From positions 45,067 to 109,066 of the IMG/VR virus record IMGVR_UViG_3300009868_000001: DNA of 64,000 nt. The stretch is one strand, 5' to 3'. This document shows, in pieces, positions 36,420 to 47,169 of the stretch. The position numbers and the translations under genes are program-made. Under the pieces are notes generated by a model. The model saw nothing but the letters and a program-made list of their open reading frames with translations, was not told the origin of the DNA and did no database searches. The DNA is from a virus (Duplodnaviria; Caudoviricetes). The first letter of the stretch is position 1. Each line of letters begins with the position of its first letter.

Positions 36420-37892
36420 ATGGAAGATATTAAACAACAAATTAAGAAACTCGATCTTAAACAAAACGCCATTAAAATCTTGATTAATGCGTTCTATGGT
36501 GCATTTGGTAACAAATACTTTTATTTTCATAATTTAGATATAGCTCAGTCCATTACTCTACAGGGACAGGACATGATTAAGTTTACAATCACAGCCGTAA
36601 ACCATTTCTTTAGAAACAAGTGGCATTTAGATACTGAACTTCATAAGATATTGGGAATTGACGGTTATGAAATACAACAGATAAACGAGGATTGTGCAAT
36701 CTATACTGACACAGACTCCATATATGTTTATTTCTATCCGGCTTTAAAATCAGTAGTCGGTCTTCCACCGATGACCGAGGAAGAGAAACTAAAATTTTGT
36801 CTGGCGGTCAATGACAATCGACTTGCACAATATTTTAATGAAGTGTTCCAAAAATACGGTAAACACTTTAACACTAAAAACCGTCAGGACTTTAAACTGG
36901 AAAACCTTTCTAAATATGCAATCTGGTTAAAAAAGAAGAACTATATTCTTAAAGTAGCAGCAAAAGGCAACCAGCTTTTAGGAAAAGACAAGGAATACCT
37001 AATCGTTAAGGGTCTTGAAAATGTAAAATCATCTTGGCCTGTTTGGGCAAGGACTCATCTTCAAGCATTAGACGAAATCATACTTCAAAGAGGCCCTGAC
37101 CTTGATATCGAGAACGAATTGGTTCCAACCCTTAAAATGCTAAGGGATGAGATGGAGACTCTTGAAGTAGACCAAATCGCTCAAAACTTTAACTTAAATG
37201 AATATGATAAGTATGTAGTCAGTGATTATCCTCTGATTCTTGAAAAAGGAATTCCAATTAACTCACGAGCAGCCTCATATCATAACTACATGCTCAAACA
37301 CAGTCGAAGCCAAAAATACAATCCGGTTCGATCAGGCAGTAAGATTAAAATGTATCGTGTGGATCACACTAAGCATTCTCTTCCTGACCTTGATCCGGAG
37401 AAGCATCCATTAGACATTTTCGCGTATTCACCTGGTTCTTTTCCAAAAGAATTTGCTCCTGAGATAGACAGAAAAAAACAGTTCTTCATATTAATAGTTG
37501 AACCTGTAAACCGTCTTTTGACCGCAATGAAGATGACTGAACTTGATGAAGATTTAAAACGAAATGTCAAGCTTCAACATACAAAATCTAAAAAGATTAA
37601 ACCAGCGGAAGACTGGTATCCGGTAACCGTTGTGAATTCTGAGACATATGAAACTACTGAGATGCCTGAACACCTATCTCAAATATTAGTCAATGCATCC
37701 TTAAACCAAACTCCTATTGATATTCCAGACGAATACTTCTCTGAATATCTATCATACATCTCAAAATACGGTCTCAATACTGTGTTAGTTCCTAGGTTTG
37801 ACTTGGAAAAGCAAATAAAGAAAATGAAGGACAAAAAGGCAAGAGCCCTTGCCAAAGAAAACGAGGAGACTGAAGCTGAAACTGAAGAATAG
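36420..37892 (+). CDS. Family B DNA polymerase, C-terminal subunit of a split gene
   Basis: KILINAFYGAFG (motif B), YTDTDS (motif C), KKNY. No exonuclease domain or motif A. Confidence 0.88.
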   Translation: MEDIKQQIKKLDLKQNAIKILINAFYGAFGNKYFYFHNLDIAQSITLQGQDMIKFTITAVNHFFRNKWHLDTELHKILGIDGYEIQQINEDCAIYTDTDSIYVYFYPALKSVVGLPPMTEEEKLKFCLAVNDNRLAQYFNEVFQKYGKHFNTKNRQDFKLENLSKYAIWLKKKNYILKVAAKGNQLLGKDKEYLIVKGLENVKSSWPVWARTHLQALDEIILQRGPDLDIENELVPTLKMLRDEMETLEVDQIAQNFNLNEYDKYVVSDYPLILEKGIPINSRAASYHNYMLKHSRSQKYNPVRSGSKIKMYRVDHTKHSLPDLDPEKHPLDIFAYSPGSFPKEFAPEIDRKKQFFILIVEPVNRLLTAMKMTELDEDLKRNVKLQHTKSKKIKPAEDWYPVTVVNSETYETTEMPEHLSQILVNASLNQTPIDIPDEYFSEYLSYISKYGLNTVLVPRFDLEKQIKKMKDKKARALAKENEETEAETEE

Positions 37893-37912
37893 TTTAAGGT
37901 AAAAGGATATAG

Positions 37913-39028
37913 ATGAAACGAGAAGACATCATATCATTTGTTCAGGAAATACTCAGACACAGATTTCCAGGTAACCTTGAAAAACAGAAGATTGAAGAAA
38001 ACGACGAAAAGCTTGTCATTTCTTGTCCTTTCTGTGGAGACTCAGAAGTTAAGTCTTCGAAGAAGAGAGGTAACCTTTGGTTTGATTCCAAATCATATAA
38101 GTGTTTTAATGGCGGATGTCTTGTATGGATGCCTCTTGAAAAACTATTCTTAACATTTAGTCGTAAGTATCATATACACTTACCTGATATCGAGGTTACA
38201 AAGAGGGACAAATCAGAGAAAATTAAAGTCAAGAGTCATAATCCTCTTCTTCGGTTTATGTCATCTAACCTCAACCTTGTTAAAATCGATGACATATCAC
38301 GAAGGTTTGGGTTAATTCACAAAGACGGTGTCATGAGCGGAACAAATGCTCAAAAGTTTTTAAAGAAAAGAGGACTTGTTGACATTAAGGCTCCAATCTA
38401 TTTTACACAATCTGATGATTCTGCTTTAATTTTTAACATTGATGAAAAGACCGGAAAGACTTTGGGTTATGCAATACGAAAGTTTGAAGTCAATCCTAAT
38501 GCTCCGAAATATGTTTTAAAGTATTATTCTGATATCACCAAGATATATTCAGAATTTAAAGTCGATGAAGACCTTGAAAAGGATGCAAACTTTTTAAACA
38601 ACTATTTTAACGTCCTTAATCTTGATTTTTCAAAACCTGTGACTGCTGTTGAAGGTCAAATAGACTCACTATTCATAGATAACTGTCTCGCTACTTCAGG
38701 TTTAGGAAAGGTTCATATACTTCTCGACACTGTCCTTAAAAATAAAAAACAGGTCAGAATACTATTTGACCGAGATAAGGACGGTAAAAAGATGATGATG
38801 GAGTTAATGCTGATGGGATATTCTGTCTTTCTTTGGGACTCATTGGTGACTGATTTGAAAAAGAGGTTTCAGGGTTCTGACGACTTTTTTGCAATAAAAA
38901 ACATCAAGGACGTAAATGACCTCTATCTCTTCTTAAAGGAAAGAGATCCTAAGACCACTCGTGATTCCTTTAACTCATATATTTCTAATTTTTTTAGCAC
39001 ATCTACATATGACCTGATTCATCTATAG
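37913..39028 (+). CDS. DNA primase (T4 gp61-like)
   Basis: CPFCGDS...CFNGGC zinc domain; TOPRIM EGQID, FDRD and KDVND motifs. Confidence 0.88.
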   Translation: MKREDIISFVQEILRHRFPGNLEKQKIEENDEKLVISCPFCGDSEVKSSKKRGNLWFDSKSYKCFNGGCLVWMPLEKLFLTFSRKYHIHLPDIEVTKRDKSEKIKVKSHNPLLRFMSSNLNLVKIDDISRRFGLIHKDGVMSGTNAQKFLKKRGLVDIKAPIYFTQSDDSALIFNIDEKTGKTLGYAIRKFEVNPNAPKYVLKYYSDITKIYSEFKVDEDLEKDANFLNNYFNVLNLDFSKPVTAVEGQIDSLFIDNCLATSGLGKVHILLDTVLKNKKQVRILFDRDKDGKKMMMELMLMGYSVFLWDSLVTDLKKRFQGSDDFFAIKNIKDVNDLYLFLKERDPKTTRDSFNSYISNFFSTSTYDLIHL

Positions 39029-39037
39029 ATAAAATAG

Positions 39038-39535
39038 ATGAAAAAGAAGCAAGATATTAAAAGCTTTGGTCCTAGAACAACTAAAGTTAGCAAACAAGGA
39101 TATTTCATCCCTTCTCGACCTGAAAAATATATTGGAAACCCCAAGATCATTTTTAGGTCTTCATGGGAGTTTAGATTTATGCAATGGTGCGACACTACTC
39201 CAACCGTTGTTAGATGGTCGTCTGAACCTATTGGTATACCATATTTTAATCCACTTGACCGAAAGGTTCATACTTACTTCGTAGATTTTTATGTTGCTTA
39301 TACTGATTCTGATGGAAATGAAAAGGCCTGGTTGGTAGAGGTAAAACCGACTAAATACATTCAACATCCAAAGGCACCAGAACGAATGACTGAGAAACAG
39401 ACGGCAAATTATCTATGGGCAGCCAAACAATACATCATAAATAAGGCAAAGTTTGAGGCAGCAAAAGAGTATGCTTCAGGTTTAGGTATAGGGTTCGGTA
39501 TAATCACTGAAAACTTTTTATTTAATGCCAAGTAA
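39038..39535 (+). CDS. Head completion nuclease (T4 gp4-like)
   Basis: PEKYIG, RSSWE, WSSE, YFVDF, VEVKP, NKAKF and ITE motifs. Confidence 0.9.
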   Translation: MKKKQDIKSFGPRTTKVSKQGYFIPSRPEKYIGNPKIIFRSSWEFRFMQWCDTTPTVVRWSSEPIGIPYFNPLDRKVHTYFVDFYVAYTDSDGNEKAWLVEVKPTKYIQHPKAPERMTEKQTANYLWAAKQYIINKAKFEAAKEYASGLGIGFGIITENFLFNAK

Positions 39536-39541
39536 GATATT

Positions 39542-40069
39542 ATGATGGATAGGAACAACCTCATTAAGGGGACCAAATATACTCTTCCTGTTTTTATTGC
39601 AGGCCACATCTATTCGTTTGTTTCAAACGAATCGGTTGATTTAGGCGAGATACCAACACAAAAACAGTTAGATGATCCTAAGGTTGCTCGTAACTTTTTG
39701 AGAGACCAGACATATTACGACCAGAGACCAATTGGTATTCCAATACTTCATGAGTTTCATAGGGACTTTGAGCTTATAATCAATCTTAAAGTTCTTCCAA
39801 TTGAAGCCAAAAGAAAACTGGTAATTCCTCTAATGAAGAGAGGCGAAAAAGAAAACCTCTCAGAAGGCCTCAATCTTAAATCAACAGACAAACATTTAGC
39901 TGTATTGACACAAGAAGTAGCAGAGAGGCTTGCTGGCATTCATCTAGGACCATATTTGAATAAATACTATAGGAGAAACATAATTGACCCTAAACACATT
40001 GGATGGGACCAAGCATTAAAGGTCTTTCTAATAGATTGGGAGAATGACCCAAACATAAAAAGAAACTAA
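39542..40069 (+). CDS. Hypothetical protein, possibly gp2-like DNA end protector
   Basis: Next to gp4, with a YYDQRP...INL..LP pattern. Confidence 0.4.
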   Translation: MMDRNNLIKGTKYTLPVFIAGHIYSFVSNESVDLGEIPTQKQLDDPKVARNFLRDQTYYDQRPIGIPILHEFHRDFELIINLKVLPIEAKRKLVIPLMKRGEKENLSEGLNLKSTDKHLAVLTQEVAERLAGIHLGPYLNKYYRRNIIDPKHIGWDQALKVFLIDWENDPNIKRN

Positions 40070-40073
40070 TTAA

Positions 40074-41765
40074 ATGGCAGGATTTTTAGATAGATTTGGA
40101 CCGAACGTCGGTTCTAAAGGAAACTTAAGCAACTTGAGTAGGATCGGCATGAAGTATGACGACCTTCTCATTAAAAACTCACAGGCAATAGGTTACATTG
40201 AGAGCACGTTCCTTCAGAACATGAACGGTAGCGGTTCGATTGATGCTGTCACTAGGGCAACCCTGGCAATATCTGACACGACTTCTGCTCTTAGGACTAA
40301 ATCAATAGCCTTCTTTCAGATGGATTATGATACCAAACGTGAAAGGCTAAGAGATCTTGCGGCAAACGGTGAGATTGAGTTCATTCTTGAGACAATAACA
40401 GATGACGTTATTGTTTTTGACAATGACAACCGCTTTTGCTACCCAAGCGACCTTATAGGCGAAATTAGATATCGTGGTAAAAATAAGGATGAACGTCTCA
40501 AATACCAGGAAAAGATAATCAACAAGTATTATGAAAACTTCGAAAAGGTGTATAATGCTTGGGGGTTCTCAGAAGGAATCTCAGCTTGGCAATACCTTTT
40601 CCAATGGTTGATTGAAGGTCACATTGCCTTTGAAATCCTGTACGATGACTTAAACAATCCTAAAGAAATAATTGGGTTTAAGGAACTTGACCCATTTTCT
40701 CTTTCACCAAGTGTAAAGACCGATCCAAGCGGAAAAGTTTATCTGGAATGGACACAGATGATAAAGGACAGGAGTCAGGTCAGACGACTGACTGATGCTC
40801 AGATCATTTACATCTCATATTCTAATCACTTTAGAACCAAGAGAATAAGCTTTGTTGAAAGACTGATGAGATCCTTCAATCTTATGCGTGTAATTGAACA
40901 TAGCAAAGTCATCTGGCACGTAATGAACGCTCCGATTCGTCTCACAACGACCGTTCCAGTAGGAACTAAGTCTATCCAAAAGTCTAAAGAAGACGTCAGA
41001 GAGTTTGCAAACATGTTAAAAGAAGACATTTATTTTAATGGAGACTCAGGCGAACTTTTAGTTGAAGGTAAACCAAACATTCTTTTCTATAAGAACTATG
41101 TGTTGCCAGTAAACGATAAAAACGAACAGGTAAAAATTGAACCTCTTGAATATCCCGGTCCTAACATGTCAGGTTCTGAACTTTTAAAATACTTCCAGGA
41201 CAAACTCAAGCTTGACTCTAAGATACCTTATTCAAGGTGGTCAAACGAGACAGGTATGGGAGCATACACAATGAACGCTGAAGGTATAAGCAGGGAAGAG
41301 ATTCGTTATAACAAGTTTATATCAAGGCTTCGTTCAGCATTCAAAGAGCTTTTGACTAAGCCATTATACCTTCAAATGTGTCTGGATTTCAAAGAGCTTA
41401 AGGATGATTATCGTTTTAAAAACGCAATAGGTCTTCAATGGTATGACGATAACGTATTTGAAGAAATTAAGAATCAAGAGCTTCTCAATAAGAGGCTTGC
41501 AACCATCAACTCCCTTAAATCCGTTACTGACGATAAGGGTCAGGCTTACTTCTCTGTTGAATACTTGCTCAAAGAATACTTACATCTTAGTGATGAAGAC
41601 CTCCGTAAGAACGAGGACTACAAGAAAAAAGGTGGAGCTAAAGTCGGAGACCAAGAAATTGAGGTTGCTCAACCAGGTCAAGCAGCAGCACCTCCTAAGC
41701 CACCAGCAGCAAAGACACCTGGTTCTGAAACAAAATCTGAAGTTGGAGGTAAAGGTCAATCTTAA
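40074..41765 (+). CDS. Portal protein (T4 gp20-like)
   Basis: WLIEG, SFVERL, YFQDKL..SKIP.SR and ISREEIRY.KFI.RLR motifs. Confidence 0.9.
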   Translation: MAGFLDRFGPNVGSKGNLSNLSRIGMKYDDLLIKNSQAIGYIESTFLQNMNGSGSIDAVTRATLAISDTTSALRTKSIAFFQMDYDTKRERLRDLAANGEIEFILETITDDVIVFDNDNRFCYPSDLIGEIRYRGKNKDERLKYQEKIINKYYENFEKVYNAWGFSEGISAWQYLFQWLIEGHIAFEILYDDLNNPKEIIGFKELDPFSLSPSVKTDPSGKVYLEWTQMIKDRSQVRRLTDAQIIYISYSNHFRTKRISFVERLMRSFNLMRVIEHSKVIWHVMNAPIRLTTTVPVGTKSIQKSKEDVREFANMLKEDIYFNGDSGELLVEGKPNILFYKNYVLPVNDKNEQVKIEPLEYPGPNMSGSELLKYFQDKLKLDSKIPYSRWSNETGMGAYTMNAEGISREEIRYNKFISRLRSAFKELLTKPLYLQMCLDFKELKDDYRFKNAIGLQWYDDNVFEEIKNQELLNKRLATINSLKSVTDDKGQAYFSVEYLLKEYLHLSDEDLRKNEDYKKKGGAKVGDQEIEVAQPGQAAAPPKPPAAKTPGSETKSEVGGKGQS

Positions 41766-42130
41766 CCAAATAGAACACCAAAGGAACCGAGGGTTCCCAT
41801 TTTAATATCAACACCTAGGGCGTCTCTGGCATCGTCGAACTGTAAAAGGAACGGCTTTACTGAGACGCCATACTTTTTAGCAGCGGTCGCATAATCATTT
41901 AACTGTGCGGATGCACGACCCTCAATGACATTAGGGTTTATTGGACCAAGCTCAAAAAGATAGTCTTCAGCGTTAAACCCAAAGTTAGGTTCTCCTAAAA
42001 CCTCACCTTTGTTTGTAAGAAGAGTCATCTTGGTCTGATAAATTGCCTCTTCAATCTCATTATGAATCACAGGTAGTCCCTCAACAAAGTTGGGGTCGTC
42101 TTGTGCTCTAAAGTAGAAATCGCTTAGCAT
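41762..42130 (-). CDS. Baseplate wedge gp25-like protein
   Basis: LLTNKGEVLGEPNFG...YLFE motif. Confidence 0.8.
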   Translation of the reverse strand: MLSDFYFRAQDDPNFVEGLPVIHNEIEEAIYQTKMTLLTNKGEVLGEPNFGFNAEDYLFELGPINPNVIEGRASAQLNDYATAAKKYGVSVKPFLLQFDDARDALGVDIKMGTLGSFGVLFG

Positions 42131-42372
42131 TATAGGTTTTCGTCTATTAATTTTAGAACCTCTTTCCAGTTATCGACATCGTCATAACCTAATAGGATGG
42201 GTTCTCCTTCCTTTCTATAGAACTCTATAAAATAGTTTCTATATCTGTCTCCTTCATACCATGATTGAACTCCATCATGATTCTCCATCCTTAACTCTAA
42301 GTGAAGGCTATCATTTATATAAATCCTTAGGCTGTAGTAAGTTCTCTCAGCTCTTATGCTAGGTTTAGCCAT
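42130..42372 (-). CDS. Hypothetical protein
   Basis: 80-aa ORF coupled to its neighbours. Confidence 0.55.
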   Translation of the reverse strand: MAKPSIRAERTYYSLRIYINDSLHLELRMENHDGVQSWYEGDRYRNYFIEFYRKEGEPILLGYDDVDNWKEVLKLIDENL

Positions 42373-42373
42373 A

Positions 42374-43108
42374 TTAGAATCTAACCATATACATCCAGTC
42401 AGGAGTGTTCTCTCCTTTTAACATTGTCATAACCTCTTCAAGTTCCTTGTCTGCTCTAGTTACGACATTTTGATAGTTTATCTTAACATTACCTGGAAGT
42501 TGATAATCGAACATTGTCAACAGCTCTCCAAGTCTTATCTTTGCTTTTGCCCTAACATACCTTTGGAATATTTCATCATCAAACAGGGCTCCCCTATCAA
42601 TTTTCTTGGCAACTTCAGCGACTGCTCCTGCGTTTGGTGTCCTACCCTTAACTGTTATCTCATTAGTGTTCTTATTGAAAGTGTAGGCAATTGTATCTAT
42701 CATAAAACCCTTAGTGAGGTCTAAAAACGAAAACATCACTGTCCTATACATTAGAGATTCTCCCATAAAAGGAGTAAGAAAAATCTCCGAACCCATAAAC
42801 TTAGTCTCAGTGAAGTCCCTGTCAAACGTTCCAAATATGCTTGAACCGCCTGGTTCCCTTAATTGCCAAACAAAATGAACACAATCAGGTAGTTTAATTA
42901 TCTTGTGTTTCTTGTAATGTTCTGTCTGAAAAACTTCCTGAGGAATAAACAGGTATGCTGAGTCTACTGCATGACGATAATTGTCATAAAAATACCTTTC
43001 TGCGTTCTTTATAATACGCTTTATTTCTTCGACAGGTATTGTATATGGCATCGCTCTCGCAAACGTCAATTCATCTGTGATGTCTTTGATTAACTGATCC
43101 TCTGTCAT
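42374..43108 (-). CDS. Neck/head-tail adaptor protein (gp13-like)
   Basis: YVRAKAK..LG.....F...LPGNV.IN pattern. Confidence 0.7.
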   Translation of the reverse strand: MTEDQLIKDITDELTFARAMPYTIPVEEIKRIIKNAERYFYDNYRHAVDSAYLFIPQEVFQTEHYKKHKIIKLPDCVHFVWQLREPGGSSIFGTFDRDFTETKFMGSEIFLTPFMGESLMYRTVMFSFLDLTKGFMIDTIAYTFNKNTNEITVKGRTPNAGAVAEVAKKIDRGALFDDEIFQRYVRAKAKIRLGELLTMFDYQLPGNVKINYQNVVTRADKELEEVMTMLKGENTPDWMYMVRF

Positions 43109-43123
43109 GCTATCTTGTTAGTT

Positions 43124-43861
43124 TTAAGATATTGGATTAGGCGGTACTGCAGTCGGTTGTGTTGCTTGTGCTGGAACCTGTGTAGGTTGCTGAGCAGGTT
43201 GTGCAGGCTGACCTGGCTGTCCTTGTGATGCTTGCATATTTGTCTTGGCTGCTGCTATCTCGACGTTTGCACGCTGTATGATAAGCTGATTTACCTGTTG
43301 TGAAAGTTGGGCTGCCTGTAACTCATGCTGTTTCTTTTGTTTTTCAAGTTCAGCTATTTGTTTGTCTAGATCTTTGACGGCATCCGCTCCTTGTGCTTCT
43401 GTTACGACTTCTGTCTCCACTTCAGGCTTTTTCGGAAACATAACATCGGTAGGTTCCTCGTTGTCAAGGTCAGTGAATACTGAGTCGAATTCCTGGAGAG
43501 AAGACGTTATTCCTTCAGCTATCCTGTCGACTTTTTCGCTATATGTCTCAAATCCTTTACGATAAAGGTCGGACGAAACTCTTTGAAGTTCGGTCACATT
43601 TGATTCCAAATTTCCCTTAACTTGGTCCAGAGTTACTTTCATGTCTCCGACTTCAGTGTAGCTTTCGTATGCTGCTTGATTGATTTTAAGGTCTTTGCTC
43701 ATACCTTGTTTAGAGGTATTGTCTTTCCCTTTTTCTAATTCATCAACCTTTCCGCCATCTTTCAATGCATTCTTTGGGTCTTGGACCTTGTTTTCTTTAA
43801 ATGCATTGAAGGTCAATATTTTTGTCCTTTCAGTCTTTGGAAGTTCAAAAGTATGTTTCAT
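43124..43861 (-). CDS. Hypothetical coiled-coil late protein with Q/P-rich tail
   Basis: KILTFNAFKE motif; ATAAATA at 43883-43889. Confidence 0.6.
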   Translation of the reverse strand: MKHTFELPKTERTKILTFNAFKENKVQDPKNALKDGGKVDELEKGKDNTSKQGMSKDLKINQAAYESYTEVGDMKVTLDQVKGNLESNVTELQRVSSDLYRKGFETYSEKVDRIAEGITSSLQEFDSVFTDLDNEEPTDVMFPKKPEVETEVVTEAQGADAVKDLDKQIAELEKQKKQHELQAAQLSQQVNQLIIQRANVEIAAAKTNMQASQGQPGQPAQPAQQPTQVPAQATQPTAVPPNPIS

Positions 43862-43915
43862 TATATGTAGACTTCTTTTTTCTATTTATTATTCAGGTTA
43901 ACTCGTTAAAACAAG

Positions 43916-43940
43916 AAAGGGAACCAAATGGGTTCCCTTT
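43916..43940 (-). terminator. Intrinsic terminator after clp gene
   Basis: AAAGGGAACC/GGTTCCCTTT hairpin. Confidence 0.8.
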
Positions 43941-43966
43941 CAAAAATTATCGAAATACTCTATTAA

Positions 43967-45961
43967 TTACACCGACGTTGTTTGTTTGTCCTTGACAATT
44001 AGGTTTTCGTTCTTATCGTCAACATCGATGTTTAGGGTGTCCCCTTCACTAATGTTTCCATCGATGTAGTTTTCAGCAAGTAGATCTTCTAAGTTCTTCT
44101 TAATGCTTCGGTTAAGGTGTCTTGCACCAAACTTTTCATCATATCCTGAATCTATTAAGAAATCTTTAGCTCGGTCGGTTAAGATGAACGAGTATCCATT
44201 TTCTTCCGTCATCTTTTTGATGTTTGTTAGTTCTATCTCAATAATCTTTCTTAGACTTTCCTTAGATAGGTTATCAAAATAGACTATCTCGTCTATACGA
44301 TTTATAAACTCCGGAGGAAACTGTTTCATCAATTCCTTTTTAATTGTCTTCTTTACAGCTTCACCTGTTTCCAATGAACTTGCAGTCTTAAATCCTACAC
44401 CTGCTCCTAATTCAGATGCCTGGCGTACGCCGACATTTGAAGTCATAATTATAATAGTGTTTCGGAAGTCAATTTTTCTACCAGTCGAATCCACAACTAT
44501 ACCTTCGTCAAATATCCTTAAAAAGTGATTAAAAACAGAAGGGTGTGCTTTTTCAATTTCATCAAGCAAAATGACTGAATACGGTTTTCTCTTAACTTTT
44601 TCTGAAAGCTCGCCACCATCTTCATAACCAACGTATCCTGGAGGTGCACCAAATAACCTTGATGCTGTAAATTGCTCACTATAATCGTTCATATCAATCC
44701 TTATTAGAGCATCTTCTGAATCAAATATAAACTTGGCAATTTGTTTAGCAAGTTCGGTCTTACCTACACCTGTTGGTCCAAGGAATATAAATGTTCCTAT
44801 AGGTTTTTTGGTCGATTTTAGGCCGGCCCTTGACCTATGGATTGCCCGACATACTCTTTCAACTGCGTTTGATTGGCCGACGACATTGTCATTCAGTTCC
44901 TTTTTCATGTTACTGAGCTTCTCAATCTCTCCTTCTTCAATCTTAGAGACCGGAATACCTGTCATTGACGAAATAACTTCGCCGATGTTATGTGCAGTGA
45001 CGACCGGACGATTTTCATTCTTCATCAGATTTTCTTTCCACCTATTCGTCTCTTCCTCAAGCACTTTCTTAAGCTCAATTACCTTGTCTCGATATTCGGC
45101 TGCAAGTTCATATTTTGACTGTTTGGCAGCCATATTTTTTTCTTCAGTAAGAACATTGATTTTGGTCTCAATCTCGCTTATTTCTTCAGGAGTCTTCACT
45201 CCTTCTATTTGAACATTAGCACCTGCTTCATCTAAAAGGTCGATTGCTTTGTCTGGAAGGAAACGTTCAGTTAAATACCTTTCAGATAGAGTGACACATG
45301 CGTCAATAGCTTCCTCAGTGTATTTAACTGAGTGGTGATTTTCATATTTAGGCCTCAGTTTATTAAGGATTACCATAGTTTCAGCAGGAGTCGAAGGATC
45401 GACTAATACCTTTTGAAACCTACGATTAAGGGCTGCATCCTTTTCAATAGACAGACGATACTCATCTAATGTGGTTGCACCTATACATTGAAGCTCACCA
45501 CTTGACAGTGCAGGCTTTAAAATGTTTGCTGCATCCATTGCACCTCCTGCACCTCCTGCACCTATCATCGTGTGTATTTCATCAATAAAGATGATGATGT
45601 TAGGGTTGTTTTTTAACTCATGAACCATTTGTTCGAGACGTTCCTCAAACTGACCACGATACTTTGTTCCAGCAACAACTGATGATAGGTCAAGTGTAAT
45701 GATTTTCTTATAAAAAAGAATTCGGGGACACGTTTTACCCACAATCATCTGTGCAAGACCCTCAACGATTGCTGTTTTACCAACACCAGCCTCGCCTACT
45801 ATAATAGGATTGTTCTTTTTTCTTCTGGCAAGGATTTGGCTTAGTCTTTTGACTTCTCTTTCTCTTCCGATGACCGGATCAAGTTTACCCTCTTTTGCTA
45901 GCTGGGTTAAGTCCTTCCCGTGATTGTCTAGCATGGGTGTTGTGGATTTCTTAGCTGTCAT
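43967..45961 (-). CDS. clpC: ClpC-like Hsp100 AAA+ ATPase lacking the N-terminal domain
   Basis: Two AAA modules ([16 protein letters not shown]), UVR-type middle domain and VGF loop. Confidence 0.88.
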   Translation of the reverse strand: MTAKKSTTPMLDNHGKDLTQLAKEGKLDPVIGREREVKRLSQILARRKKNNPIIVGEAGVGKTAIVEGLAQMIVGKTCPRILFYKKIITLDLSSVVAGTKYRGQFEERLEQMVHELKNNPNIIIFIDEIHTMIGAGGAGGAMDAANILKPALSSGELQCIGATTLDEYRLSIEKDAALNRRFQKVLVDPSTPAETMVILNKLRPKYENHHSVKYTEEAIDACVTLSERYLTERFLPDKAIDLLDEAGANVQIEGVKTPEEISEIETKINVLTEEKNMAAKQSKYELAAEYRDKVIELKKVLEEETNRWKENLMKNENRPVVTAHNIGEVISSMTGIPVSKIEEGEIEKLSNMKKELNDNVVGQSNAVERVCRAIHRSRAGLKSTKKPIGTFIFLGPTGVGKTELAKQIAKFIFDSEDALIRIDMNDYSEQFTASRLFGAPPGYVGYEDGGELSEKVKRKPYSVILLDEIEKAHPSVFNHFLRIFDEGIVVDSTGRKIDFRNTIIIMTSNVGVRQASELGAGVGFKTASSLETGEAVKKTIKKELMKQFPPEFINRIDEIVYFDNLSKESLRKIIEIELTNIKKMTEENGYSFILTDRAKDFLIDSGYDEKFGARHLNRSIKKNLEDLLAENYIDGNISEGDTLNIDVDDKNENLIVKDKQTTSV

Positions 45962-46362
45962 AACACCTTATTATTTTCTCTTTTTTCCAAGGAATTTGCA
46001 ATCTTTTCAAGCGAAACTGAAACATTATTTAACATTTCCTTTTCCATCTTTCTTCTTCGCATTTCAGTGACCCTATCAAAGATTACGCTTAATTCCTCGG
46101 CTGCATCTGTTCCAATTGAGATGTCGTAAAAGTATTGGTGATTGCTAATTACGACACTATCAGCATAGATGATGACAAACATCTTGTCATCGCTTGTTTT
46201 TATGTATCTTGTGTTGTTTATGGGTGCATAATAAAGGTCGGTCGTCACGTCTTTTAAGAGTGATTTAACTATTCTTAAAATTCTTTCCTCCCTTGGGTTT
46301 ATCTTTTGATGGTTCTTTCTAAACTTTAGAAACCAACGTATTGCTCGGTACTTAATATTCAC
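45958..46362 (-). CDS. Hypothetical protein
   Basis: 134-aa ORF coupled to the clp gene. Confidence 0.6.
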   Translation of the reverse strand: MNIKYRAIRWFLKFRKNHQKINPREERILRIVKSLLKDVTTDLYYAPINNTRYIKTSDDKMFVIIYADSVVISNHQYFYDISIGTDAAEELSVIFDRVTEMRRRKMEKEMLNNVSVSLEKIANSLEKRENNKVL

Positions 46363-46393
46363 AAATCACAGTTTATGGAATAAAGATACCCAA

Positions 46394-46603
46394 TTATGCG
46401 TCCAACACAATATCATTTTTTACCTTCTGGTCATCCAGTACAATCTTTTCAGTCTCTTCCATCACTACTTCAATACATGAACATAGTATCTTAGATAGAT
46501 CTTCGTCTGTCTGAATCATTCCAACTGAACGAGTCGTTTTTATTGCATCCATTGCACTTAACGTTGCCTGTTGTGCAAGCTCTTTTCTTTTCGCTTTCTC
46601 CAT
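46394..46603 (-). CDS. Hypothetical protein
   Basis: 69-aa ORF. Confidence 0.5.
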   Translation of the reverse strand: MEKAKRKELAQQATLSAMDAIKTTRSVGMIQTDEDLSKILCSCIEVVMEETEKIVLDDQKVKNDIVLDA

Positions 46604-46631
46604 TGTTAGCTATTACTTTAATAACTTTATA

Positions 46632-47102
46632 CTAAACAAGGAACTTTAAGATTTTGTCTTTTAACCCGGTCTGTTTAATTCCTTCTTTAGTTCTTTTTAT
46701 ATGAATGAAGTTTGGAACTGTTAAAAGTAAATCATCAATTGCAACCCATTTTCTATTGGATCCGTTTGTTTTCAACCATTCTATTATCTCAGCACTTCTT
46801 GCTCCTTCTAAGTCTAATGAAGTAAACTGTTTAGAAAAATTACAAGTAACTCCAATTGGTTTCTTTATTACTCCAAAGTATTCAAATATTTGTTTTAATT
46901 CTTCAAGGTAGTAATGGTGTCTCCAATCACTAGAAATGATTATTTCAGCATCAGATAGCTTAAGTATCTTGTTAAGAACCATAACATTATCTTTATCAAA
47001 CTTAGTGGCACCCCACTTATTATTGTTTGATTGACACGCCATCTGGTCTGTCACGATTGGACCATCTAAATCAAGAAAAATGATTGGAGTTGAATTTTCC
47101 AT
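46632..47102 (-). CDS. HAD domain protein (Swiss-Army-knife RNA-repair-like)
   Basis: FLDLDG, ISSDWR, R..EI..WL and VAIDD motifs. Confidence 0.8.
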   Translation of the reverse strand: MENSTPIIFLDLDGPIVTDQMACQSNNNKWGATKFDKDNVMVLNKILKLSDAEIIISSDWRHHYYLEELKQIFEYFGVIKKPIGVTCNFSKQFTSLDLEGARSAEIIEWLKTNGSNRKWVAIDDLLLTVPNFIHIKRTKEGIKQTGLKDKILKFLV

Positions 47103-47123
47103 ATTACCAATATACTAAAAACG

Positions 47124-47147
47124 AAAAAGGGACCTATTGGTCCCTCT
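47124..47147 (-). terminator. Intrinsic terminator
   Basis: AGGGACC/GGTCCCT hairpin with an A-run (U-tail on the minus strand). Confidence 0.7.
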
Positions 47148-47169
47148 TCAAATTCGTCAACTACTGTCT

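Noticed and set aside
36420-37892. Intein or intron explaining the partial polymerase
   Set aside because: No intein terminal residues or intron-like spacer were seen, and the upstream DNA is an opposite-strand gene.
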